Positions 38,391 through 50,573 of a stretch of DNA of 64,000 nucleotides are shown here, piece after piece. A model generated the notes under the pieces. That model was not told the origin of the DNA and made no database searches. It was given only the letters and a program-made list of their open reading frames with translations. This DNA comes from Neodothiora populina (lineage: Eukaryota): the NCBI RefSeq assembly GCF_041146345.1, contig NW_027191417.1, positions 1,860,001 to 1,924,000 on the forward strand, in the 5' to 3' direction. The translations under genes were made by a program, and so were the position numbers. Each line of letters starts with the position of its first letter. Position 1 is the stretch's first letter.

Positions 38391-38906
38391 ATGGATTCAA
38401 GATATAGCCAGAATTTCCAACTTCATCCCGAGGCATCGAGGCCGTCGTATCCTCAAGTCAACTCTCCCAACACGATGCACTCTACCTTCCAAAGCACAAC
38501 CAGCCTCTCATCGTTGGGCTCGATAAGCACATCGCCGAGTCAAACCAACATGCATTCACGACAATCACCAGTAATGAGCTCAGCACCTCTACCCTCGCCC
38601 ACGGCAGAACGTCAACCGTGTTGCGGCGACAACTACTTCGCTCCCATGCAGGGTCCTACCATGCAAGCATCCGCACAGTCTTTTAACAACCAACAATTTC
38701 AATCATTCAACAACCAGCAGTTCCAATCATTACCGCAACAACCCCAGCAGCAAGCTTTCCCTGGCTATCAGGGCCAGAGAGGAGGCCATGGCGGAGGCGT
38801 GCCGGAAACGGCACCTTATTTGCAAGGATTCAACCTTCTCGCAGAGGCTGCGAAACGCGCGGAGATGGCTGTGCTTATGCGCGACCTGGGCGAATTTGAA
38901 ATGTGA
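38391..38906 (+). CDS. Small, mostly disordered S/Q/P-rich protein with C-terminal motif PYLQGFNLLAEAAKRAEMAVLMRDL; function unknown
   Basis: 171-aa ORF with good start context (cgaaATG) after a long pyrimidine-rich leader. The C-terminal helix resembles a motif recalled from uncharacterised filamentous-ascomycete proteins. Confidence 0.75.
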   Translation: MDSRYSQNFQLHPEASRPSYPQVNSPNTMHSTFQSTTSLSSLGSISTSPSQTNMHSRQSPVMSSAPLPSPTAERQPCCGDNYFAPMQGPTMQASAQSFNNQQFQSFNNQQFQSLPQQPQQQAFPGYQGQRGGHGGGVPETAPYLQGFNLLAEAAKRAEMAVLMRDLGEFEM

Positions 38907-41900
38907 TCGTCCGAACGATATCATTATCTTTTCGTCTGGGGTTTGCTTATGAGTATTGTTCGACCGCTGAGCGGGTTACGGCGTCACGGGTATACATCAC
39001 GATGGCACGATTGTTTTTGGTTCTTGTTTTCTTACTCCCTGTTATTACCCTTGATCTGGAGCACTGGCTGCGACTACCTTCTCTTCTTACACTTCTGCAG
39101 CGTCTCTTTAATCGCGGGTGGGGCGAGCACGAAGAAGTCGCCTCATACCTATGACGCAGCGACAGGGAAGACTTTTGCTGCGGATTCCCCGTTCTGTACA
39201 TTTTCTGTCAATGACCACTTTTCTGTATATAAGGTATTGACTGGTGGATATTTATGGCTTATACTTAGTTCACCTTTGTTTCTTGTTTCTGTAGTAGTGG
39301 TAGACCTCCGAAGTAGTAATTTTCTCATCTCAAGAAATGATATACTAGATTGTTCACATGCTACTTAGTTTGTGTTTTCCCCTTCTTCCTTTCCCTGGGC
39401 GATCTCTTTCGGCCATCCGACTTTCTATCGAGAGCTTGGGGCTTGGGGCTTGGGGGGGGGGGGGCAGCGAGAGTGATGATCTGCTACTAGTGAATCATCT
39501 GCCCTGAAAAAACCATTTATTTTCTTTCATTGCATTGATTACGACTTTTGTGAGGGAGGAAAAGGGTCCAATGACTTGACTTGACTCGACTCGACTGGCA
39601 GTGGGACCGGAGTGGTGACGTACGATCTCACATCCATGACCAATTCAAGGTAATGTCGCACCCGCACTCGCACCACACGCTCACTCACCCCACTTGCTTC
39701 TCAGTGGGTTTCCTAATTTATTCCCAGAAGCGTTCGTCGCATATACAAGTATCATTACGACACTAAAAGGCTAGGTAGAAACGGAAGAGGAAGAATGACT
39801 TCGTGCCGAGGCAGCGTTTTAGCATGTTGCGTGTAAATGTAACTCGTACGTACTTACAGTAACTGTGCATGTACACGACGTTGTCCTTGTCTGGAACAAG
39901 AAAAGAGCAAAGCTGTTACACTCGTTGCCCTCTCTCCGGCTCTCTGTCCTGCTACTTGTACATCAGATGCCGGCCCGACTACCTTACTCCTTCTGGACTT
40001 CTTTCCTTCCGCGTGCTTCCAGCATGTCACCTCTTCTCGAAGACAAGGTATAAAAGTAACTTTTTTTGTACCGCCGCCTCAAGGTACTTGGACCGTACCT
40101 ACCTTAGCAAGTAGCCGATCAGTCGGCTTTTGATTTACTTGTCCAGGCCTTGCTGGTTGGTGGGCATAAGAGCAAAGGCAGTTTTCGGTACTTTGCTACG
40201 GGTCGAAAGGCGCCAGTCAGTATACAAGTACTACTGGATCGTACACGACGATTGCCAGGCCAGGTCGACTATCAGCTTCTTTTTCTTACACTCTGACCAA
40301 GGTCACTCTACTGTTTCTTCTGTATGCGAAGCCAAGGTCACGATGGTTCTGTACTCGCGCTTGTGCTTGTGCGCACAGTAGAGTGAGGTACCTTAGGCAT
40401 ACCTCAAATATATTGCCTTTGCAATGCGCATTTCGTTCTCGTGGCTTGACCGTACATGTAAAGTCAAACCAAGAAAGCAACGCTGTGCAAAGTTCTGAGG
40501 TTGGTTTATTTGTTGAAACAGAGTTCCTAACGACCAACCATAAAGTGGCATGATCGTGGCCAGGTTTGTTGAATCTTTCACCTTAATGCCGTCAACCTCT
40601 CAGGCTCCCACTTGTTCTTTGCAGGCTACAGATTTCGCAACACTGATCCTCTCGTAAAGCTGCAGCACAGTATACTTGATCGGGCAGACACATGCAACAG
40701 TGGAACGATAGAGGCGATTTTGAGTCGCGAATACTGTCGGCCTGGAGGCTTCCGTTAACGGAACCGTCATGGAGAAGAAATCCGGCTTGACCAACAACAA
40801 AGATAAGGCTGTGAGATGAGATGAGATGAGATGAGGCGCGGGAAATTGCGCAGGTTGTGGCGGTGGCTAATACGACGTTTCGGATGGGGAGAGTTGGACA
40901 GTGGTGGGGAGAGTGGATTCATGGGTGAATTGAGATTGGCGCTTCCTCACGCAAATGAAAGTCAAAGCAGGGCGCGACAGAGTAAAAGAGTCGCACAAAG
41001 TAAGGTAGGGCCGTGAAAAGCGGGACAGACACGACACGAGAGGGCCAAATAAAAGAGGTCTGAGCAGTTGAGCGAGCGACGTTTTGAGTGGGTGTGATTG
41101 ACACAAAGTTGTAGATCCCATGGCAACGGGCAACGTGAGGAAGCGTGTGCCTGGTCTGGTCTGGACGGAGAGGCAAGGGCATGTGCGTATGGTTCTTGTG
41201 TATTGTGCTCGCTCCCTGCCTAATGCTGTAATAATGTGATATTGTGCTGCTTGTAGGGTGAGCGAAGAGCCCTTTGGTAAATTCTCCATTTGCTTTCTCG
41301 ATCTCTTGCTAAGCGAATCCCCGGACTGCTTTTGCCATACCACCAGTCGAGAACACTTTTTGCTTCTCCATCTGAGGTGTATTCACTGCAACTATTGCTG
41401 CGCCGCCCTGCCTTCAAGTCGTCTAGGCAGCCTCTTCCCCACGCCATTCTTGAGTCTCTCTCTGCCTCACTCTTAAACCCTCTTCTGTCTTCTCCCCTTC
41501 CGCTCTTTCCGTCGATACTTCATCATCATCATCGCCGTCGGTTTGCGACACTCTACCGCGCCTTATCAATACCGTAATTGCCCTTCAGTCCCTGTCCCCG
41601 GTAGCTGTTTTTTTTTTTCATTCTTCTGTCTACTGGTTGCTCGGTTACATCAGCGCCCGCGACGTCGCTCCCATCCTTGGCTTTTTCTGAATTAATCCCA
41701 AGCCTTTCTCTCTCTCCCCCATACACCAACGATAATTAATCATCTCATCTCAGTCCCCATCTCCACCAATCCAGCCCCCCCCCCATCAATCTCTATCTCG
41801 CCGTCTGAAACAAACATCATCAGTCGCATCAATCCGTCTACAGACCACCTGCAAATTCAATAAGTTTATCCAATCGATACTCTGATTCTATTCTCTGCAT

Positions 41901-41960
41901 ACGTCGTCGCGCGACTGCAAACACAAACAACTCGGATTGCGACACTCAGCAGAGGCCGAC

Positions 41961-43197
41961 ATGTCTTACAATCAATATTCGGGCTACGGCGGCAACCCGT
42001 ATGGCCAGGACAACAACAGCGCCGGTGGAGGCTATGGCGCGTCTAACCCTTACGGATCCAACGATGGCTACGGTCAACAAGACGGCTACGGCGAGACGGT
42101 GAGTCGCACCCTTTGATCCTCGACGATGATTTGCGTTGTGCTGCAATTGCGCACGGCGATGCTGACAATTGATTTCCACAGGGAGCGCTTCAACCCCCTC
42201 CGATCCGCCACGAGCAGTCCAACTACTCGCAGGCTACCCAAGACTCCAGCTACAGCTCCAATCAGGCCCCCGTCTCTCAGTCAGCGTCAGCCGTGCCCGC
42301 TCAGACCGGTCCAGCCCATGGCAGCCAGGCGCCCATGAACCAACACACGTCGACTGTTCTCTCCAACGCCGATTTCCTCGCTCGTGTCGAGGCTGTCAAG
42401 GCAGACATCCGCACTCTCACCTCGTACATTGGCCAGATCGCTTCCGCCCACCAGCGCACTCTTTCCAGCCCGGACAGTTCGTCAAACTCGGCTCTCGAGT
42501 CAATTGTCACGCAGACTCAAGTCCTCAACACATCCATCAAGGACCAGATCAAGTTCCTTGAGACCGATGCGGCGCGATCAGGACGCAACAACATGAAGGA
42601 CAGCCAGAGTGGCCAACTCAAGACCAGTTTCAAGAAGCAATTGGAGGAGTACAGGACCGAGGAGGCTTCTTACGAGCGCAGATACCGTGAGCAAATCGCC
42701 AGGCAGTACCGTATCGTCAACCCCGAAGCCACCGAGACCGAGGTCCAGGAAGCTGCCAATGCCGACTGGGGCAACGAGGGCGTCTTCCAGACTGCTGTAA
42801 GTTTGTGACTTGAGCTTCGCGAACCGCCTCACGATACTGATACCCTGTGTCTCTGCAGCTCAAGACGAACCGCACCGCCACCGCATCCACTGTCCTTGGC
42901 GCTGTCCGCGCCCGTCACAACGACATCCAACAGATCGAGCGCACTCTCATCGAGCTCAACAAGCTCTTTGAGGATCTCGCCGAAGCTGTCATCATCCAAG
43001 AACCCATGGTCCAGCAGGCCGAGGAGCACACCGAAAACGTCAAGAAGGACACCGAAGCCGGTAACGCACAGCTCGACAAGGGAATCGCATCCGCGCGCCG
43101 TGCCAGGAAGATGAAGTGGTGGTGCTTCTGGATCGTCGTCATCATCTGCTGTATCCTCGCCCTCGTCTTGGGTCTTGTCTTCGGTCTGCGCAAGTAG
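41961..43197 (+). CDS. Plasma-membrane syntaxin (Sso-like Qa-SNARE), 3 exons
   Basis: Introns 42099-42181 and 42797-42858. Habc region with QIARQYRIVNPEATETEV, SNARE motif VRARHNDIQQIERTLIELNKLFEDLAEAVIIQE, C-terminal TM after ARRARKMKWWC. Confidence 0.92.
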
Positions 43198-43804
43198 AAT
43201 GGAACGCACGACCGTTGATGGTTTCAGGAACGAGTGTCATGTCATGCCCGATGGTGTCGCAAAGAAATGGTACTGGCTTACTGCTCACCCACAGGGTAAC
43301 GCGCTCACCACTAGACAAAGAAAAAAATAATTGTCCAAGCAGTAATTCACGGGTGTAATGTTTTGCGGGTATTTGTTACGGAGAAATACAGGGAGAAGGA
43401 TATATCCGCATTGGCCGCGTCTAGGTCCATCATGAGCGGGAAAAGGGCAAGAGGAGCCTCTGATTCCTCGCACTCGATGGATTTTCTTCATTTGTATATT
43501 CACACCTTCATAAGCGGGCAGAGTTGGGTAAAAGGGTTTATTTCTCTTCCACTTCGCCGCTTGCCTGAGGGCAGCGGGCGTCGCAACATTATTCGCTAAT
43601 TGTTGCAGTTAACTTAGAAACTTTAATACTAGCCTAATCAAGAAGCAATCATCTTCCGCCCGAATCAAGCAGGAGAGGGGAACGGAGTGCATCATCGGTT
43701 GTATCTACGAGGCCGGACACCGGATCTCGAGTCTAAGCAGGACAGATCTGGTTCCATACATTGATTTGCATCACATCGCGTCACTGCGAATGGCAGGGTC
43801 CTTT

Positions 43805-45442
43805 TTACCGATCTCTCCAGTAGTTGCCACGGCGATCTTCTATCGTGTCGCTCGAGACACATTGAGGCTGAATGAAGTCTTCCTCCGAACCAACAGGCCA
43901 GATAGGAAGCAAGCAGATTTCGTGAACGCCACACCCACGACATCTTTTCCATGTCGTCCAGCCGAGACTTTGCTTGAGCTCCTTGACTGTGGCAAGGGCG
44001 CCATCGTAGTCATCTTCGCCAGCGGCAGCGGCGAGTGAGGAACACAGATGCTCATACGTGTCTCGCACTGCCAGACTAGCAATCGATGAAGCCTCGACTC
44101 CGCTCGGCCAGAACTGTCGTGTACATCTCCCGATTTCCAGAGAGGTGTTTCGAGCACTGTAGTCAATGAAGGGACGCATGGCTTGATCGATGCTTCCCTT
44201 CAGAGCTTTCAGTGTTGCGACCTTGCCAGACGTCATGTACTCGATCTTGTCTGCGTATCTGGCGATGATCTGGTCCGTAATGTCTTGCCAATTCGTCGGT
44301 GCGTGGTCGGAGTCCTTGCTGTGAGGTGTGAGCACCATCTTCTTGATGTCTGCTCTCACTCGTTCGAGAGTCTCGGTCGATCTATTATCCACTCTTGGTC
44401 GACCTGTGGAGTCGAAGTACATGGCCTCGGGATAAGCGAACAAGGTGACAGGGTTGTCGTAATCGAGTCTTACTCTCCCGGCTCCGATACCATCGTATCT
44501 TGCAGCGACAGCCTCATAGTAGCTGAAAAGGTCTTCCGCCTTGCCATCGTGACCACCGAAACCCTCGCCACTACCTCTATCCGCTGTGATGCGCACGACA
44601 TCGAGGTGCGTAGCGAATGAACACAGAATAATCTCGAACCCTCCTTCCATGCGCAATATGCCATCAATGTGACCCTGGTAATCTGCTTGCGCCATGCGGC
44701 ACATCTCAGACGCCCGCAGCTTTTCTTCCCACATGCCGTGAGGTGAAGCACCACTCACGTTGCGGATGACGATATCCTGGACATCGAGAGTGCCCTTGTC
44801 GGACTTCGCAGCCGACTGTCCGTCGAGGTACATTAAACGTAATGCATGCTTCGTGCGATACGTGTGAACGTAGCCGAACTTCTCCTCTTCGTCGTCATTT
44901 TTCTTTTCCTTGGTGTTGAGCGTATCAGCTACGTCCTCGGCTTCGAAGGATGTCTGCTGTCCGAAGAGTCGTCCTAGTGCACCAATGATCCCACGCGGAT
45001 TTTCGTCTATTGACGGATCTTTGGGCTTCATATGCTTTTTCGTCATTTCATCTTCCTGAGGATCACGGCGCGGGGGACACTTGTCCCTTGGAGGACCATG
45101 CTCTGGCGGTTCTCCTACACCTGGTGGTGGGCGTCGTGGACGAGAGAATATCATAGCATGTTCGGGTTCAAATGCGAGCCACTCAGTTCCATTGACAGGA
45201 TAAGGACTACTGGTGCCATGATAGAGCTCAGTGCCCTCGGGAACATGAGCGATAAACACTCCCATGCCATTATGGTTCAAGGAGGATCCAAACTGCCTCA
45301 TTGAGTCGTGGATAGAGCTGAAGATATGGTAAGCATTGCTAATGCTAGCACTAGGTACATCTTTCTCTCTATGCTGAGGCAGAGTAGTTGCTGCAGTCAG
45401 CCATGGCAGTCCGGACAGCAGTAACAGTGTCCGCCGTCCCAT
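43805..45442 (-). CDS. Secreted uncharacterised fungal protein, possible ADP-ribosyltransferase-like fold
   Basis: 545-aa intronless ORF with signal-peptide-like N-terminus (MGRRTLLLLSGLPWLTAATT), motifs LYHGT, EWLAFEPEHA and IDGILRMEGGFEIILC, and a Cys-rich C-terminus. The gene call is firm; the fold is inference. Confidence 0.8.
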   Translation of the reverse strand: MGRRTLLLLSGLPWLTAATTLPQHREKDVPSASISNAYHIFSSIHDSMRQFGSSLNHNGMGVFIAHVPEGTELYHGTSSPYPVNGTEWLAFEPEHAMIFSRPRRPPPGVGEPPEHGPPRDKCPPRRDPQEDEMTKKHMKPKDPSIDENPRGIIGALGRLFGQQTSFEAEDVADTLNTKEKKNDDEEEKFGYVHTYRTKHALRLMYLDGQSAAKSDKGTLDVQDIVIRNVSGASPHGMWEEKLRASEMCRMAQADYQGHIDGILRMEGGFEIILCSFATHLDVVRITADRGSGEGFGGHDGKAEDLFSYYEAVAARYDGIGAGRVRLDYDNPVTLFAYPEAMYFDSTGRPRVDNRSTETLERVRADIKKMVLTPHSKDSDHAPTNWQDITDQIIARYADKIEYMTSGKVATLKALKGSIDQAMRPFIDYSARNTSLEIGRCTRQFWPSGVEASSIASLAVRDTYEHLCSSLAAAAGEDDYDGALATVKELKQSLGWTTWKRCRGCGVHEICLLPIWPVGSEEDFIQPQCVSSDTIEDRRGNYWRDR

Positions 45443-47145
45443 GTTATGGAAGATGACCTTGATGATATGTTACTGCTGATGCTATTTTGGCATGAGTTTT
45501 CATGTGAAGTGCAGCGTTAGAGTCTGCAAGGCAGGATGCATGCGCCTTTATTACCACCTACTACTGATCCTGTTGCCTCGATCAACTCAGGGCTCAGATC
45601 GTCGACGCGCGGCTATCTATACAAACGTATCTTGACCCAAGAGAAACCCTAAGCCGACAAGTAGGAGCGAGAGAATGCAAAGGCATAAGTCAACGCAAGG
45701 TGAGTCACATCTTATCGGATGCAGGACCGTCAGCAGCACACGCAAGGCACAGGCGCACTACTTCCTCTGGCAGGACTCTTTATAGGTCGTACAGCAAGGA
45801 AGTCAGATAACAAGAATCGAGTAGCTATACCAGTCCACCCGGGTTTCCCTCTTCCCATTTCAATCAGATTAGATCTCGAAAGACATCGTCAATCCATCTT
45901 TATCAGTGTGCTCACTTCCGACGAACCATCACACGAAAACCACCCGGAAGTGGCTTCTTTCGTTCCACAGCCACACAGATGGGGGCTCTTCTCGCCCGCC
46001 CCCACCCCACGGCGGATCCGAAGCCAAGCGAGCGTGGGGCATGAAGATGCGACAGTGAGATGCGGATTCATTGCAAGCAGTAACGAGTGTCCTTCCGGTC
46101 GTCGGAAGAGGTCTTTTGCCATCACATGCAGATTGCGGGAATGTGACCTTGATGTTTGGTGACCTCGTCGTTGCGAGCGCCGAGAGCGACTGCATTTCCC
46201 GCGCGCCAAGAATTGAATGTGATTCCAGGGCGGCGGCGTTTGGACACGGGATATTCGGTGCGCACTCTCTCTGTCTCTCTCTCTCACTCGGCCGTTGCGT
46301 GTCGACGCTTGAATTCATGGCTCTGTTTGAGTTGTTCGATGTCTGGGATGCAAGAACTTGCAGATGCCTGGATGGTCTATTCCATAGGATGGCCTGTTTC
46401 ATAGGAGTGTGTCGGTGTCACGAGTCATGATATGCAATTGTTGTGGCAGCATCTTTGGCCAACAACTCTCACTTTGATCATTGACAACCAGGGCCGGCTT
46501 TCCTGGTATGGGTTGGATTCACGACCACCAAGGCAGCTTCGACGATATATTTATCGTAGCAAGAACGAGCCGAATCATGATGGTCATGTCCTGTTAACGG
46601 CTTAAAAGGTCATCTTTTCAAAGGTCCGCCTGGACGGCAATCTATAGCAGTCATGTAAGACTTGTCACTGCACTCGCCACCGGGCACTGTCAAATTTGAT
46701 ATCACGCTTTCAACTTGTAGTCATTCTCCAGCCGCCACCATCATCTTGATCTCTCACTTGTCCGTCACACAACCTTTCGGAGCACATTGGCAACAGGTCC
46801 CAAGCATTTCATGTCCATACGAACTTGCTTGGCCTTTACGTAAATTGTGTTTACGTGGGATTTAGGTATGGATGACGTAGTGATGTTTTTCTGTCTCATT
46901 GTTCCAATGTCCTCCTCGTCTGGCCCCTGCCTAAGGCGAGTATTGTATTTGTGAGATAATAGAGGAAACAAGACTGAAATCATCAAATTCATTGCAGTTG
47001 AGGCATTCATCACAGTCTTGTTCATTCAACCTGTCCAAGTTTTCGAGAGCAGAATTCATTCCCGGGACAAGACTTGTCTCTACCTCCGTAGCAGCCACAT
47101 CCAAAACATAACATAGTACATCTTTCTGTGTTCAAAAAGTGCAAG

Positions 47146-48057
47146 ATGGCGCACAACTTCTCCGGCTCGGAGACGCCCAACAAAGTAAGGATGATGGTAT
47201 TCGAAACGGACGAACCTCATCCGGACACGACAGAGACCAAAGGCTCATTCGGTCAAATATTCGATCGCCTGTTCAAGACCGCAGGAGACAACCATACCCC
47301 ACCCTTAGAAATCGAGACAGCAATGCGCTTTGTGGTAGAGCCAAAGGGTGGCTCCCTTCCTTCGCTAGATGATTTGACGGATGTTCATGCCATTCTCATC
47401 ACTGGCAGTATGTACGATGCTCATGGGGACGATGAGTGGATCCTGAAATTGCTAGATTTATTGAAAGGTGAGTCGTGAACACGTAGAGCAATAAAACTAT
47501 GGTCAATTGAACCAGCAACTGATCATAATACAGAACTATGGCTCCATCGACCAGACATCAGATTCAGCGGAGTGTGCTTCGGTCACCAGCTACTATGTCG
47601 TCTGCTCGGCTCAACAGTAGAGCCGACAGAAGGCTCTGAATGGGAACTAGCACATACACCCGTCAAGTTGACAGAAATTGGACAAAAGCTTTTCCGAACA
47701 TCAGAAGACATCCTGCATCTCCATCAAATGCATCAAGATCACGTCGCCAACGCTCCTTCACCGTCCACTACTGACCTGCTCCCCAAGAACAGCAAAGTCC
47801 ACGTGTGGGGAAGCACGGAGAAGACTCAGGTCCAGGGCGTCTATCTCAAGGACAAATTGTTCACGAGTCAAGGACATTTGGGTTTCGACGAAGATATGGT
47901 TCGAAGACAGATTGACATGCGTGTGGAGAACGGAGGCATCAAGGATGAGGAGCATGCTGAGATATCCAAGGAGACTGCTGAGCTCGAGCATGATGGTGAG
48001 ATGGTCGCTGCTGCTATTCTGCGATTGTTCCACGGCGAGGACGATGATATTCCGTAA
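47146..48057 (+). CDS. Class I glutamine amidotransferase-like protein (GMP-synthase-like, stand-alone), 2 exons
   Basis: ILITGS, nucleophile elbow GVCFGHQ, HQMHQDHV and SQGH; intron 47468-47533. The usual H-P-E triad motif appears as QGHLG. Confidence 0.85.
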
Positions 48058-48420
48058 ATTGATGTATACAAAATCAGACACTGTCTCTATGCTGCGCTCA
48101 CTGGTGTCTTGTCCCTTTGTTCTCGTTATTGTAAAGAATTCTCATAATGAGCGTAAGGTACTGCAGTAGAGCTCCACAAGCATCAGCATACAACATCGAG
48201 ATAGCTTAGCATATGCAATAGTTGCGTTGCCGGACATGTAAATTTCGATTCACGCTAAAGCTTACAACATTCATCAAGATGGAGATTGGATAAGTAAATC
48301 GGAGAACAACTTCAGGCATGTATGATTTGGCATTCAGTCAGATCATATATTTCCCAGTGCCTTTTGGAAGTCCATCGCCACCCTGGGCAACTCTCGTTAG
48401 TCTATCAATCGATTACTCTG

Positions 48421-49471
48421 CTATGCCACCACAGTATATCGCGTCTTGATCGCATCATACTGCGCTTGATTGACCGCAAACACCTTTCTGTGTTTGACAT
48501 GCTGCGGGAAACCATAAAGCCCGTCTGCAGTCCACGCATTGATATCGTTGAGAGTATCAGCCGAGCCAGGGATATACGAGTCGAGGGTATTCTCATCGAT
48601 CCACAGGTGGAACTTGGAGCCATCGAGGTTATCGCGGAAAATCAACGGTCCCTCGTTGTTCTCGTACTGTGATGCAAACTGCACGCGCGCATCGTCTGGT
48701 GCACCGCCCACGTTGGTCCACGTGCCCAGGATGCCGTTCGTGGACCTTTGCTGGAAGATCTTGTAGTCGACTTCACTCTTGACCCATCGGTACCACACAT
48801 TGGCGCCTTCTTCGGGCATATGCAGGATTGTGGCGTCGATGACGGGAAAGCCGGGCGACAGGTACGTCTGAGCCTCGGTGAAGGACTGGAAATCCGTCGT
48901 GGTGACGGACGTCAGCACGTTGTTCGGGACGGGCCCGGTGCGTTGGGGGTCGGAGTCAGGCCAGAATCGAGAGGCGAAGACGATAACGTAAGCATCCATC
49001 AATGGCTCCCAATATGACTATGGAGCCCATGCATTGCCGGCGGTCGCATTGACGAGGGGTTGTCAGGCGAGGCCCTGTCCAGGTGGCGAGGTCAGTGGAT
49101 TCCCAGATCACGATTCCTCGACCACCGAATTTGCTCGCGGCGTTGAAATCGTTGCCGAAGCCATTGCCGTTCAGGGCAGTCGCTGTGAGCCAGAACTTGC
49201 TGCCGTCTTGCGAGGAGACAATATGTGAGTCGCGCACTCCTTGGGTGCCCACATTGCTGCGAAGGATTGCTTCTGACCCGTCGATGGACAGGCGTTGGTA
49301 TGAGTGAGGGTCGTTGCCATTGGGCAGATGCATGTATATGGCTTCATCTTGTACGGGGAATGAAGTAAAGAAATAGCTAACTTTCGCATCGTTGTCTTGT
49401 CTTCGTATGACTGATGCTGTGCCGGTTGTGCCCAGCGCAAGAATACTGGTAAGGACTTTGGTAGCGAACAT
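48421..49471 (-). pseudogene. Disrupted secreted GH43-like (five-bladed beta-propeller) glycoside hydrolase
   Basis: Signal peptide plus GVRDSHI, IVIWESTDL, VIDATI and EGPLIF motifs. A frameshift near 49056-49060 and an in-frame TAG at 49020-49018 fall in the WAPE motif (AGNAWAP*SYW). Confidence 0.8.
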
Positions 49472-50573
49472 CTTCTTAGATTATGTGATGATTCTAATCT
49501 GAAGAAAGAACTTGGGACTCGTGTGAGTCTATATACTGAACACTTGCTCGACAGAGTAGCATATTCTGCCGGGTGAATCTGTTCGCTGCATCTCAGAATG
49601 CTCATGCATGCTGCTGTGATCTTCATGGTATTATCGTCAGTATTCGTATCCTTAGGTTCAGGGCCTCGTGTGTCTTGCGTCTCGTGTCACTGCAGCAGTC
49701 ACAATGCGACATCGATGTCATGCAAGATATAAAGTTACCACATCACTATACCTTTGTACAGTACCTGTAAAAAAGTTGTCTTGAATAACCGAAAATTCCA
49801 TCCTTGTTTGTAGATCTCCGCTGGATGTGGAAAGCCTCGGTCGTGGGGATACGAGTTTTGGTGTGGGGAGAATATGGGGTCGAGATATTTGGGGATAGTC
49901 CTGAATGCACCATGTCTGCGTTGGATCGTATACCAGGGCAGATACCTGAATACGAACCTGGTGGGGCTCGGTGTCGTCAAGCGTGCTTTTTAATTCACGT
50001 TGGCATTGATGCAAGACGATGAACCTTCCGATGCCGGGGAAACTTTGTACTGTAAGTGAGTGTGCAAAGGATCATTTCCGCCATGGCCAAGATCGATACA
50101 AAAGTCTGAATTACTATTCTCCGGCACATACTGCCATCTGGCAACGGTCCCTATAATCTACACGGATAATTGCAAGACGTTTCGGTGGTATACGGGGTTA
50201 CACTGCTTACAATTCATCTCGATATCCACATTGATATTGTCTCCAGAATGAAATCCGGGTCTCCATTGGTCACTGTAGTGGCATGATCGTGTCTGTCCTC
50301 CAATATCCAAGATTCTATGCATATTCTCTCCACTTGCCATGTCCCGTCAATAGCCTGAATACCTCTATAACTGTATAAAGCTTTGATTGTCCTTTAACAA
50401 TACAACATGGCAACATACCATTACATGTGTTCACATCTTGGCAATAAACGACAAAGAGTGAATGATTTGTATCATGATGGTCAGTTGTATTCTCAATCTA
50501 CCTTACTTGGATTCTTGGTGATCAAGTTGTCCACACATGTGCTATTAAGTAGCGGCTCCGTCGCCCAAAGTGA

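Noticed and set aside
49700..50340. Short minus-strand ORF fragments suggesting a gene relic
   Set aside because: No recognisable motif; needs tBLASTn/BLASTX to evaluate.
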